DNA of 64,000 bases. Source: a virus. The stretch covers positions 11,407 through 75,406 of IMG/VR virus record IMGVR_UViG_3300025133_000073, one strand, 5' to 3'. This document shows, piece after piece, positions 11,201-22,200 of the stretch. How positions within the stretch are numbered: position 1 is the first letter of the stretch; each line of letters starts with the position of its first letter. The notes below the pieces were generated by a model. That model was not told the DNA's origin and made no database searches. It saw only the letters and a list, made by a program, of their open reading frames with translations. The translations under genes were made by a program, and so were the position numbers.

Positions 11201-14200
11201 CGAGCACTTTCAGGAAGATATTCAGGCTTTATGATGCCATCCTTATCTGCATACTTCTGCATCCATCGTGCTGAAGCAGGCATAATGACCTCAAAATACT
11301 TTATGCTTCTATAAGAAGGTGAGTTGGGATCATTATCAAACTTAATTCTTGGTTTACGCTTACCTGACCATCCATAGGAAGGAGCGTTATAAAGAGCTGC
11401 ACCATTGATCTTCTGTCCAGTAACGTTGTTCTTGAAGAAGGAGTTCATGATCTGCTCAACACGTGATACTATGACGGGATGCCAAAGAGGAAGTACCGTA
11501 TCAGTACGATTCTCATCTGCCCAATCAAGAGCTTCCATCATGCTGTCACCGAGTTTACGGTCAAGTACTTCTGAACGCAATGTATTCAACGTTTTGGTGA
11601 GATCAGGATTTCCGTTCTCATCTCTGAACATCTTAACGAGCTCATCATAGGATTCTTCGACATTCTTTGTGATGAGGGTATTATATATCTCAAATATCTC
11701 AGCACCTGTCATTTCTGTGCCGTCCACATCATATTTGGTATCAACATCATTGACATCGATATTCTCCATCATCAGTTTTCGTACCTGAACTCCGAAACGT
11801 ACCTCTGCATCAAGGTGTTTAGCAGGGGTCGGCTGCTGAATACCGTAATCAGCATTTCGGTACTGAATAGCGTTGTCCCCAGTGATCTCATCAAGATTCC
11901 TAACAGGATCTATCTGACCGAGCTTAACTGCAGATGTGAACATTATGACATCTGTCATACGATTCTTTCTGTCGAATGAATGACCTCCATCGCTCTTGAA
12001 TGTCCACCCCATCTTTTCCAGTGCTTTCTGAATGATAGGATTACCTTTCGCCATGTCAGGAGAGACCATGAACTCAGCGTTCTTGTTCTGTACAGGATAT
12101 ACACGCCCTTCCTTACTGAACATGTGCTCATAGAAGAAAGGTTTCAATGGACGGAATGTGACAGCAGCATTTGAAGGAAGTTTTTCTCCCCTTATCTGCT
12201 TCTCATATATCTCATCATGAGCATCTGTCCATAGTGCTGTGCCTACATATATATCACGTAGTCTTGCTACATCTATCCATGTGGCACCATCAGTAGGATC
12301 AAGCTTACGGAATTCATTCACTACGGCATTGTCTCCGCCGTTCTCTGGAAAGATATCTTTGATCGCACCTATATGTTCACTTTCTATATCATTGGTCTCA
12401 GAAGGATCGTACATATACGACACGTTGTAAAACTCAGGCACATGCACTTTTGTTCCATCAGGCTTCTCATAATAAGCGTTGTCATCAACTGCAATGAGAT
12501 CCCTTGGTGACCATAACTGTTTTATACGTTTATAAGTATCAGTAAATTCAGTAGTTCCTTGTTTTACTTTTTTTACTACCTCACTATCAGACTTAAGAGG
12601 TTTGACAGATTGGTAATATGCTGCATCAAGACCGAATGTCCAGAATAACTGAAGATTCATATACATCTGATTATAGATGTAATTGACAATGTTCGCATCG
12701 AAATGATCCATGAACCTTGTGTCAATAGTACCACTGTTATCAACAGTGATCTTTTCAACCTCTCCTGTCTCTTCGTTGGTAAATTCTGCAGAACTGAAAA
12801 GCCCTTCTTCTGCCATTCTACTATACTCACTACGAGCTGTCTTCTCAAGTTCTGCAAGTACGAATAACTTAGAAGCTCCATGTACCTTGAATGTCTTATC
12901 ATTCATGAATGTGAACACCTGATATCTATGTCCCTTCTTAAGCATTTCAAGAGGAATGTCCTCAAGTCCTGCAGGAACAGGTTGTTTCATGCTGTCCTCA
13001 TCGGTCAACCACTCAGAAAGAGCAGCCTGATGAGGTGCTACACGCTCGTTGAACCACTCGATACGGGCTTTCTCCTGCATTACACTTCGATACAATAGAG
13101 CCTTTGCCTGTTCATTTGTGAACTTCTCAAACTTCATGAATGCAGCTGATGGTGAATCAGCAAATACAGGCATCATGTAATGAGCATATTTGGACTTTTC
13201 ATTTTCACTTGGCTGAGTATTATACCATACATTGATCTTGAATGCCTCAAGTTCAGTACGGGTCATCTCAGAATACTGTTTGTCACTATTGGCATCACCT
13301 TGTTTTGTGAATCCGTCCATTACTTTAAGATCCATGTTCTCAACTGCGGATGCTTCTTTCAATCTATTGAGAAATGGAGACTCTGCGAAGAACGGATCCT
13401 TCTGATAACGCTCAATGAATGCCATTCTATCCTTCTCAGGTTGTTTTACCAACTTTCTGAAGAACCTTGACATGAACCGTGATTGTAGGAGTCCATATGT
13501 AGAAGTGTTCTTTACTGAAAGAAATGATGGTTCAAATATTTCAGGTATTGCCTCAAGAACGAGACCTGCCATATTATTGAGAGCTTTCTTAGTTCCCAGG
13601 TCGTTAGCATTTGAGAAGAACGGATCCTTACCTACTGCTATAGCACCAAGAATGTCTCCGAGTCCTTTGGAAGATGCAGTACCTAAGAACTGCTGCATTC
13701 TATAAGCACCTTTGGGACCGATGAATATTTCCTTCACTTCGCCATAGAGAATGTCAATTCCTACGTTTTCAAGCATTGTATATACCTGATCCATGATCTC
13801 CTCACTTACAGCAGCGTTCTCATTGGAAGAAGTATCTGTCATGAGTTTAGAGGTTAATTTATCAATCGTTTCCAGATCAACATTAATATCGCCTCCGTAC
13901 ACTATCTCAGCTTTAGAGACATCATATCGGTCAGAATTTCTTACTGACTGAGCCCATCCTTTGACAAGATTCTTAACTCCTTTTGTTCTATTGGAATCAA
14001 ATATGGATACATGACCATTTCTTTTCATATTTACACCCAAGAACAGTGTATTCTCACGCTGTCCGAAGTTCTTCCAGAATTCACTTACAAGGTCTCCATT
14101 CTTAGTGAGAGTATTGTAGATGTCATTATATCGTAGATTGACAGCAATGAGAGAATCAAGTTTTCCCATCATATCATCTACACCACGGGAACCTGCTAAT

Positions 14201-17200
14201 CCTCTTGCAAGCTTGTTGTATATTATAGCAGGATCTTCAAATATTGGGAATCCTGCGGGGTCTTCACGGGTACTGCGTATCTTGGCAAATAATGCCTTAG
14301 CCTTGTTTCCGAATTTCTCTTTGGCACTATCGAATTTATCCTTTACCTGCCAGTTCTCAAAGTCAAGATCATCATCTTCATGTTCATCGGTCTCACGTTC
14401 CGTAATAGATTCTGAGATATGATTGAAGTCGATCCCCTGTAACCATAATCTATTGACAGCACGGTTGAACATCACAGTAAGAGTGAATGTACCGTCCTTC
14501 TTATCTATGGTAGCAAAGGTCTGAAGTAGTCGAGTAAGGTAGCTCAACTGATCCTTATCAAGGTCTTTGGAGTCTTTTGCGTATTTGTACAGAGATAGGA
14601 ATACCCGTCCATACAGACCCTTCATCGTATATTTCTGATTCCCCGTCTTTCTTCCTTCACGAAGCATCTTTATGACAACATCTGAATCAGATGCATTACT
14701 TGGCATTCCCAGTTCTTTACGTACTTTAGGAATACCGAGTAGAACAACGTGAGAGTTGATAGTACCGATACCGAGTTCATATTCTCTCGGATCGAGCTTA
14801 CTGTCAGCATTACTCAGTCGTGAACGGAATCGTGTGACATTACGCTTGACATATTCAGAAGGCGTCTTGAACTTAGCATACAGCCCCTTATCGATACGAT
14901 AGAAGTACTGATCAACAGAGCTTGGTCCGTTAATAACACCTCTACGTTCCAATACGATCTGCATAAGATTCAGGATACGTTTGAAAAAATCAAGGATCTT
15001 AGCAGGGAGAGTATTAGCAGTGATAACTCCGAAACGATAGTCCATGAACTTATCTGCCCAATACTCTTCAATATTGATAGCACCGTCAGCAAACTCGCTT
15101 CCCATGCTGAGAATATGAGCTCGTTCCTTTGGAGTAAGCATTGTATTGAATACAGCGTGGAAAGCCTCATGATAGAGAGTTCCCTTCTGTGCTGATCGAG
15201 CTACATAGATGATACCTCGTTGAAACAGTCCCCATGCTTCAGGTCCTGTCTTACCATATATCTCACGGAGATCTTCAAGTACAGAAAGAGGCATGTCAGG
15301 ATAATTCTGTTCAAGCCATGCTTTCTCCTCTTCTTCGTTCCATTGTTCTGTGACCTCTCCTGTTACAACACGCTTACGAGTCTGATCATCTTTGAGTGTA
15401 CCAATATCATCGTCAGCAGTGAGATCGAGAGAGAACCATTCATCATCTTTCGATGTTACAGGAGGAGCCTCAGGATCAGGTACATCAGTAAGTTCCTGTT
15501 TTACCGCATCCTGCGTGGTCTCTTCATCATATACAACCTCTACATCAGGTAATGCCTCTGGAGCATTAAGCTCTATATTACCACCTACGAAAGGTCGTTC
15601 AGCAACCATCTGTATCTTAACGATACCTGCCTTGGAGATCTTCTCATTATATTTACCTGTATTTATTTTTTTAGCATCTACTCTGATGATAGCTCTTTGT
15701 AATAGCACTTTGATCTCATCGAGCGAATAAAGTTCGTCTCCGTATTCAAATTTCGCATTTACGATCTTATTACTTTCATCTAATTTTGCAGCCCCCTGTT
15801 TCCCAAGTTTGAACTTACCTGATTCTTTATCAAGTTTCAATGACCTCCATGTGAGAGTTCGGAGTTTTACATTGGCTTTTCTGACATATCCGAATGATGT
15901 AGATAGGTCAGGAGAACTTTCTATTTCCGTATTGAGCGTATCAAGTAGAGCATTGATCTTTTCCTGTACAGCAGCTACTTCTTCTACTGCAGCAGTGTAC
16001 ATAGTGATAGGGATGAATACTCCATCAGGTCGTCTACGCATGAATACTACTGATCCTTTCTTACCAAGAAGACCTGAACGTGCTCGTACGCGCATTCCTG
16101 TAGTAGGATCTACACCAAAGGTCTTATCTCCCTCGTTGAGTATAATATTGACTCTACTATCCTCTTCAGTGACTACGCCGAAGAATAAAGGATCATTAGG
16201 TGCAAGAGTAAGATGCGGCGCCTGAGGAGTAACTCCTTCCATATTGAGTTGACCAGAGGTCTTTCTCTTTACAGTAGTGCTCAACTCTGTCGTATATGTC
16301 GCAGCTCCCTTATTGTTGTTATGCCATTCGATATGGATCCTCCGTCTAAGAGCATTCATAGCACGTTGGTCATTATCTGTCTGAGTACCTGATGTACTTC
16401 GGAGCATTCCCAATCTTACTGTACCTTCGGTTCCTCCGATGTCCACATCAGTAACTGCTATGATGAGCATGTTGGAGAAATCAACCTTTACCTTCCTACC
16501 TGTCTTGGTAGTAGCTGTTCTTCCTGGCATCCAAGCAGCATTCGCTATCACTTGAAATCTTACTGTAGCTCCTCTGAGATCCACATCAGGATCATTGAGT
16601 AAGCGGAATTCCTCAGATGTCATGAAAGGAGTAGGTGCGCTTCCATCAGCATAAGGTATGACGTTGTTCTCATTAGGAATGAGTAGGCCATCCTTAGTAT
16701 ATAGAAAACGACTGCCCGTACCTTCTTTGAGTTCTTGATACTTTTCAAGCTTTCTTGCTTCATCAAGAGACATCTTGACATCTCCTTCAGTTCCCTTGAA
16801 TGTTACAATACCGTTCTTCAGAGAATACATCGCATACTCATTGGTCTGAACAACCATTGAGTTATTATCATGTCCTGTGGTACGTCCATCTGCGTCTCCG
16901 TCTTCAGGATCTGTAGTATTATTCTCAGGTTCTCCTTCTCCTGGAAAAACAACATCTTCTGGGGTAGTAGGTGCTTCCTGTGCTTTTGTATCAGCTTTTT
17001 CTGCCTCAGCGATCTCATCTTTGAAGAGCTCGTCTACAGCTTTCTTGAACTTAGGGTCACTACCGTAACGCTTCAAGAAGTCTTCACTATTGGTAATATT
17101 TTTTGTATCTGTCCCTACATCCTTGAGATCTTTGAGATCCTTCCATAATAATGGAGTACTCTCATGTCGTTTCTTCATGGCATCCTGATCAGTAGGAGCA

Positions 17201-19296
17201 GGAGCATATGCTCTACCTTCTTCAGCAAGTTTTTCAAGCTTACTGAGCATGTCCTTACCGTATTCAGGGTGTGCAATGAAATTGTCAACATCTTCAAGCT
17301 TCATATCGTGAGATATAGCCATTAATGCCATCTCCTTACGTCTGCGTATAGAGTCCTTTTTAAGTTCTTCTAAACCTTCTTTGGTCTCAGTGTACTTAAG
17401 CACTTCATCAGAGTGAGATATGTTCATAAGCGTTTGCTCATGATCGGCAACTGCTCTTTCAAACCCTCTGTCGTAAGATGTGATGGTATGACGATCCTCT
17501 CCCTTCTCATCAAGTTGCTTGTCTATATCTGCGATCTCCTTCTCAAGTTCTGCTTTTCTCGCATTAAAAACACCGAGAACCTCCTTTATACCTGGATTGT
17601 TCTTTACCTTATCTGGAGATAATGCCTTGATCTCCCTCTTTACAACCTTAAGACGATAATTGAGTTCTTTTCTCTTGGTCTGAGTAGCAGACGCTCCGTC
17701 TTTACTCACATTTGCTGCCTCAGCCTTTACGGTTCTATCAAATCCTACTAAGCTTCTATTAGCAGTACGTTTGTCCCATAATGCAGATAAACGGACACGT
17801 AATGTATCCTCATCTATAGAACTGTCAGAAGCCATTGCGTTGAACTCAGCTTCAATGAAATCCATGTCTTCCATCATCTCTGTGAACTTGGCACGTATTT
17901 CAGTAGCTTCCTCTGGAGACTTACCTTCTTTTGCAAACTCTGCGTCGTCTTTATTGTAAAGGTCTTCATAATGATCCTTAAGATCCTGAAGTTTCCCTGC
18001 TGCAGCATGTGCCCACATTGTATCCCACAGAGTTGCATCCTGTATCTTACTTGCTGTCGATAGATCTCCTGCAAGGATGGATCTCTGATTAGCAAGAGTA
18101 GCATCTGCAAGGTCTTTGACCTTATAATTCACTGCTTTACCGAAGGCATGGAATACACCTCCACCTACGCCTCCTAAGAACATGGAAGCATGCATTTCAG
18201 GACTTCTAAGGTAGTCTGCCATACGTACGGTCACTCCTTTGAGTTCCATGAAAGGTTTATCCTTTGTAGCAGCCCGTATTGATTCTTGAGATGCTACATA
18301 CTGAAAACCTTCTTCAAAGGATTCAGATGCGATATTACCGACCATCTGCTTACCGAACTTAAGAGCTCCTTCTTTATATCTACCTGCTTTAAGACTTGCT
18401 GCTCCTATACCTTTTGTAAGGGTCATGTACTGAGCAACATCAATGGCATATAACCACCAGTTCTGTTTCCATACTTCGGATGCTGCCTTTCCTGCTTTCT
18501 TCTTAGCTTCCTCTACAGGAGTACCTTTAGCTCTCAATTCTTGATAAGCCTGCTCATATGTCTCATGAGCTTCCATGGTATTCTCAATGTATCGTGATGC
18601 CCCTGCAGAAACTCCTGCTTCTACTGCGGCTCCTGCTTTTTTACCATAAAGAAGCTTGTTGCCTATTTTTACTGCTTGATTCGCCTGCCTTGTCTTATTT
18701 GCAAGTCGTGTTCCTTTCCCTAAATAACGTAGTCCTTTACCTACTGCACCTGCTGCTCTACCTACTGCCATTGAAGGGAACATGATAGCAAGGGTAGAAC
18801 CTATTGATTCTGCATTTGATGCCCACCATGTACCGTCAGAAGGAGCGAATCCTTCACGTGATTCCAATGTCTGTCTTACAGGAGCTGCAGCATGAATACT
18901 TTCTTTACCTGCGTTCATAAGCTCTGCAAACCAGTTCGAGAACTCTTTCTCTTCTCCTCCTTTGATCTCTACCATCTGTTCAATATCGAACAGATAACTT
19001 GCAGCTTCTGCTGATCCTAAAGTAGCTTCTGTAGCAAAATTGAGTGCAAATTTTCCAAACAGATTCCATCCTGATTGCTGTTTTGCAACGACGTCTTCTT
19101 GATCCTGCCCTACTACAAATTGAGTTTGTCTTTCGTCAGGAAACTGAGAAGGAACCTTTGGAGAACCTAAGACACGATTGGATATTCGTTCTTTACGAAG
19201 TCCTCCGCCTAATGTCGTAGGTCTGAGGTCCTGCTCTTCTATAGGGAGGTTATTTCTATCGAGACCTCCTCCCAATGTTGTGGGTCTATTTCCCAT
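8254..19296 (-). CDS. Virion-packaged DNA-dependent RNA polymerase polyprotein (3680 aa) with internal zincin protease domain
   Basis: Catalytic motif GLDFDIDK (DFDIDK at ~11038-11055), as in the crAss-like phi14:2 gp66 RNAP, preceded by RIPT. HEAFH zincin motif at 15157-15171. Gly/Ala-rich hydrophobic N-terminus. Size and position fit. Confidence 0.9.
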   Translation of the reverse strand: MGNRPTTLGGGLDRNNLPIEEQDLRPTTLGGGLRKERISNRVLGSPKVPSQFPDERQTQFVVGQDQEDVVAKQQSGWNLFGKFALNFATEATLGSAEAASYLFDIEQMVEIKGGEEKEFSNWFAELMNAGKESIHAAAPVRQTLESREGFAPSDGTWWASNAESIGSTLAIMFPSMAVGRAAGAVGKGLRYLGKGTRLANKTRQANQAVKIGNKLLYGKKAGAAVEAGVSAGASRYIENTMEAHETYEQAYQELRAKGTPVEEAKKKAGKAASEVWKQNWWLYAIDVAQYMTLTKGIGAASLKAGRYKEGALKFGKQMVGNIASESFEEGFQYVASQESIRAATKDKPFMELKGVTVRMADYLRSPEMHASMFLGGVGGGVFHAFGKAVNYKVKDLADATLANQRSILAGDLSTASKIQDATLWDTMWAHAAAGKLQDLKDHYEDLYNKDDAEFAKEGKSPEEATEIRAKFTEMMEDMDFIEAEFNAMASDSSIDEDTLRVRLSALWDKRTANRSLVGFDRTVKAEAANVSKDGASATQTKRKELNYRLKVVKREIKALSPDKVKNNPGIKEVLGVFNARKAELEKEIADIDKQLDEKGEDRHTITSYDRGFERAVADHEQTLMNISHSDEVLKYTETKEGLEELKKDSIRRRKEMALMAISHDMKLEDVDNFIAHPEYGKDMLSKLEKLAEEGRAYAPAPTDQDAMKKRHESTPLLWKDLKDLKDVGTDTKNITNSEDFLKRYGSDPKFKKAVDELFKDEIAEAEKADTKAQEAPTTPEDVVFPGEGEPENNTTDPEDGDADGRTTGHDNNSMVVQTNEYAMYSLKNGIVTFKGTEGDVKMSLDEARKLEKYQELKEGTGSRFLYTKDGLLIPNENNVIPYADGSAPTPFMTSEEFRLLNDPDVDLRGATVRFQVIANAAWMPGRTATTKTGRKVKVDFSNMLIIAVTDVDIGGTEGTVRLGMLRSTSGTQTDNDQRAMNALRRRIHIEWHNNNKGAATYTTELSTTVKRKTSGQLNMEGVTPQAPHLTLAPNDPLFFGVVTEEDSRVNIILNEGDKTFGVDPTTGMRVRARSGLLGKKGSVVFMRRRPDGVFIPITMYTAAVEEVAAVQEKINALLDTLNTEIESSPDLSTSFGYVRKANVKLRTLTWRSLKLDKESGKFKLGKQGAAKLDESNKIVNAKFEYGDELYSLDEIKVLLQRAIIRVDAKKINTGKYNEKISKAGIVKIQMVAERPFVGGNIELNAPEALPDVEVVYDEETTQDAVKQELTDVPDPEAPPVTSKDDEWFSLDLTADDDIGTLKDDQTRKRVVTGEVTEQWNEEEEKAWLEQNYPDMPLSVLEDLREIYGKTGPEAWGLFQRGIIYVARSAQKGTLYHEAFHAVFNTMLTPKERAHILSMGSEFADGAINIEEYWADKFMDYRFGVITANTLPAKILDFFKRILNLMQIVLERRGVINGPSSVDQYFYRIDKGLYAKFKTPSEYVKRNVTRFRSRLSNADSKLDPREYELGIGTINSHVVLLGIPKVRKELGMPSNASDSDVVIKMLREGRKTGNQKYTMKGLYGRVFLSLYKYAKDSKDLDKDQLSYLTRLLQTFATIDKKDGTFTLTVMFNRAVNRLWLQGIDFNHISESITERETDEHEDDDLDFENWQVKDKFDSAKEKFGNKAKALFAKIRSTREDPAGFPIFEDPAIIYNKLARGLAGSRGVDDMMGKLDSLIAVNLRYNDIYNTLTKNGDLVSEFWKNFGQRENTLFLGVNMKRNGHVSIFDSNRTKGVKNLVKGWAQSVRNSDRYDVSKAEIVYGGDINVDLETIDKLTSKLMTDTSSNENAAVSEEIMDQVYTMLENVGIDILYGEVKEIFIGPKGAYRMQQFLGTASSKGLGDILGAIAVGKDPFFSNANDLGTKKALNNMAGLVLEAIPEIFEPSFLSVKNTSTYGLLQSRFMSRFFRKLVKQPEKDRMAFIERYQKDPFFAESPFLNRLKEASAVENMDLKVMDGFTKQGDANSDKQYSEMTRTELEAFKINVWYNTQPSENEKSKYAHYMMPVFADSPSAAFMKFEKFTNEQAKALLYRSVMQEKARIEWFNERVAPHQAALSEWLTDEDSMKQPVPAGLEDIPLEMLKKGHRYQVFTFMNDKTFKVHGASKLFVLAELEKTARSEYSRMAEEGLFSSAEFTNEETGEVEKITVDNSGTIDTRFMDHFDANIVNYIYNQMYMNLQLFWTFGLDAAYYQSVKPLKSDSEVVKKVKQGTTEFTDTYKRIKQLWSPRDLIAVDDNAYYEKPDGTKVHVPEFYNVSYMYDPSETNDIESEHIGAIKDIFPENGGDNAVVNEFRKLDPTDGATWIDVARLRDIYVGTALWTDAHDEIYEKQIRGEKLPSNAAVTFRPLKPFFYEHMFSKEGRVYPVQNKNAEFMVSPDMAKGNPIIQKALEKMGWTFKSDGGHSFDRKNRMTDVIMFTSAVKLGQIDPVRNLDEITGDNAIQYRNADYGIQQPTPAKHLDAEVRFGVQVRKLMMENIDVNDVDTKYDVDGTEMTGAEIFEIYNTLITKNVEESYDELVKMFRDENGNPDLTKTLNTLRSEVLDRKLGDSMMEALDWADENRTDTVLPLWHPVIVSRVEQIMNSFFKNNVTGQKINGAALYNAPSYGWSGKRKPRIKFDNDPNSPSYRSIKYFEVIMPASARWMQKYADKDGIIKPEYLPESAREAATMGIFARIPTEDYYSMFHVKVIEYLPSWVAGQIIMPDEVTTIAGLDFDIDKVYGMLYNITNQHGEVVSGAEAEFQTFISTEQTTRKGKKVMFKDFEDYDDGLARANFANRRNYVWDEKRDEWRLHSELVKVPSSFDTKKSRDNYLIDIMWAILSHRSTAAKQLSPGNFNTLKAMADFTDTTSSDEVYSLNPMLLSTSREVFDRNMTGLDLVGIHASHNSNHTLTLFTDFEFDTPIVFNGHTGASLNKAERVDSNGKTIRALSGISENLAQSVDNAKFPLAGTLNLNVTNANILDTMIRTLHDPIASMAVFIQPVIKDVFKKYNASQKKGEHILKELLKSSIAETRDAIMDNFGNSAMDDLYDQIKNKRLSDLTFNATKEDLLAYKTDPVNTKITGTLFDQIKLGKTPMKDMTVNDLYMRYKVLTFYSRAMESAKILSDVQAGMRFDSIKRAAGPSVADTKILMEDMVRMENVGKKMIGLEEYLSDPTMLPHVKVFYKYGVKAASDIIGEVAKIPYAGPNSAFDDIITIMRWNSSSKRLQAPEINTLWRMMMTLLATDFTEYAPANMEDRLRNFPDTLQDYQTLQKEGPYSLFINNFRVDAIDETDLTVPFKMIQFDIEGLDDMGREMIKRQWKQMMSSRNRADREIAFGLAEYAFFASGYNFRFNTFSNLIPPSYLSELVTDDGKTLTEHLHDNFNSSYSYNEYSAYIEQILRNVHKKLNTVPYVDISEASNKQFDNNGMMLLTYSEESLKPLMRKPHPFDPKYKNEETGRYQDEPVTYIQANVRRGNNTATVMLKNMNYFFKTPESPASATYVEVTDLGAHNMFYELSKIHADGKMPLESLFISERKQLRNEINERIREENAVPEDVPAMLTKLNEIMTASSAKAGGSKKPKDVFRVIARVDAHRKMVAKILNMESEYDVKEFNAKYKAFVNDNTEDNRTQTDEYDISSIPDQEAEERKERCEGGDNLSDGEYNIDL

Positions 19297-22200
19297 TAAC
19301 CATCGAATCTATGATCCATTTCATCAGTAAAGTCAGAAGATGATGTACCGAAGCCATCTGTGAAACCCCCTACATTCACTTGCCAGTTTCCGTCTTTATC
19401 TTGCCAAACGGTCACTCCTTCGTCCTTTCCTCCTGCGGTACGACTCGCTCCTGCATTATGTGCATACGCAAGGACCATCATCTGCTGCTTTGTCGAAAGT
19501 TCGCTAAAATTGTCCATATCATTCTTAAGTTTTCTGTAATTCTTAGCAGAGTACGCATAGAACAATTCTGCTTGAAGATCGTGGTCATCTTCTAATTCAT
19601 CAATTGTAGGAATAGGCTTCCCAATATCCCTTGCTGCATCTCTGATAGCATCGTTTCCTAATTGAAAATGACCTTTGTACTGCCCTTTGTAACCGCCATA
19701 CATCTCATTGTCCGTACCATCTGAAGATTCTTTAGCCATGATACCTGCTGTATATTCTGCGATCATTTCATCACTGACGTCGTCATTAATGAATCCTTCT
19801 CGGAAATTTCCAAATGAAGATAATTTTGTAAATCGTGTTCTCCAATCTGTAGGAATGTCGTCTCCTTTCCTACTACGACGTTCTCCTGTAGCAGCTTCTG
19901 TTCTACGTGCCATCTCATCAGGATCTCCTGATCGGGAATAAGTAACATCCATTATATGACTCATCAACTGTCCTCTTGAAAGTCTGTCAGGATTCTCAGG
20001 AGGTCTGTTTATACCATACTTATCAGGATCTCTCAATATGTCAGATATCTCAGCAACTTTGCCATTGGGAGTATTTGTCTTCCCCCGATGGATCGCCCAC
20101 GTGTTATCCATATTCTTTTTGATCACAAGATCATCCATCGCTTCAAGAACATTATCAGGCTCAAACAATGGTACAGATGTTATCATTCCTTTTCCAATGG
20201 TCTCCATTGAAGTTTGAATAGCATCCATGATATGAAGGGCTCTTACCTGATCATAGCTCATTGTACTGAATGCGGTCTCTGTAACGTCTATTTCGTATAG
20301 GTTACTCTCAACATAGAACGGATTGTCTGCAGATTCAGGTTTAGTTTTATCAAAACTTTGATTTTTCTTTTTGTATTTTCCGCTGACAAACACCTTATTA
20401 TGATCTTGATCATAACGATATTCTTCTGCATGATATTGATGACCTATGAAGTAATCCGTGCCTCCATCCTGTGTAAACAATTTATGTCGGGTCATGCCGT
20501 CCTCTCCTTCTTCATTAGGAGCATTCAGTCTGACATTATTGTAATATATGCCTCCTGAACCATTTTCAGCAATATCCTTAGCGGCAGTTATCAAAGCTCT
20601 GTGAGAAGCCAACTGATCCTTTGATACCGTCTCAGTGTCCTCAGTAGAAAAGAGTGGATACATCAATGGCGCAAATTCGCTTGCTCCGAATTTAGTAGCA
20701 AGTTGCTGATCATATATGTCCATGAATTTATCATGTGCTCGTAGACCAAGAATATCTCCTGTACCTTGCCAAATACTTCTGACCTTTTTTACAACACTTG
20801 CATTAAAGTCAGCTACACTACTGAAAGACATTGTCTTCATTGCTATCTTCACCGCTCTCGGAAGATCAGACCTATCAATACGGTTATTAACCTCATCCAT
20901 TGTTTCTTTATCAGCAGATGTATTAGCAACAATGGTGTTCAGATCTTTTTCAACTTCTCCCCATCTACCTGTTCCCTGATTTTTGAATTTACCATTCTCA
21001 TCAAGGACAGGAACTGTTATACCTGCTTCAACAGCTTCAATGGAAGCATCGCGATAAGCAGCGGCTACCTTCTTCTGCCGAGCAAAGTGAGCTTCTCCTC
21101 GTTTACGGGCTTCCTGATTGACCTGATCAATTGTCATTGTATATGCTGTGCCGCCAGGAACAGGGATCTCAGATCGACTGTTCATCAACTCAGTAGTAAA
21201 AGATTCTATTGTCTTCTCCAGAACATCCTGTTGTTCAGCTGCTGAGAAAGCAAATATGTTGGAATGATTGACCCCATTGCGAGTAGTTTCAGGAAGTCCT
21301 GTCTTCTTGTTTATGGGTGTATCAGGTTCATCATATGGATTCATTCCTGTAAGGTCTGCTGCTGCAATTGATGGAGATGATGATCCTCCTATTTCTGAAT
21401 CTGTTACTGCAGAAGGCATGATAGGTCCAGTTCTTGCTCCTCCTCCGAATAGCCCTCCGTCTCCGCCTACTCCTCCTCCTCCGCTCTTTGGAGTCTTAGG
21501 AGATGTAGATGTTTCACTGGTGTTGAGTTTTATCATCTTGGAAGCTTCAGCCATCAGTTCCTTTTTAAGATCACTATAAGTGAACTCTCTTCCCTGTATA
21601 CGTTCCTGATATTGTCGCATTGCAATATGCTTCTGCAGTTCTCCGTCAGCTCCTCCTGCTTGATCAAGTCTTCCGTGTCCATATGGATCACTCGATAATT
21701 GTTCAAGGGCGGGCTTCACCTTTCTACCTATCTGTGTCAGATCAAGACTTGAATCTTTAGTTGTGACCGTTGCTATCAATTGACCTGTATCAGGATCTTC
21801 AACATATCCATGATTGGTTATAGCATCCGCTTTGATCGGATCAAGAAAGGTCTTATATGCAATAGGAGCTCCTTTTGTTGACAGCCTATTGTACATGTCA
21901 CCTGTTACCATACCCCCTGCTTTTATAATAGCTTCTTTATCGGGTATTGTCCACGTGTGAGCATCAGGATTGTGAATCCCATACGCATCAGTGGTCCCGT
22001 AACCTTCTTTGAGCGTCTCAGCAAGGATAGCGTTCTTCATATTGAAATCAGACTTTACAAACTTTGCACGATTGTCATTTTCCCATCCTTGTCGCATTTT
22101 CCATATGGCATCAGTTACTCCTGAATAATCCAGTTCGCCACTACGATATCTTGATGTAATATCAGCAACCGCAGCGTCCCTATCAGCATTGACCATGCGA

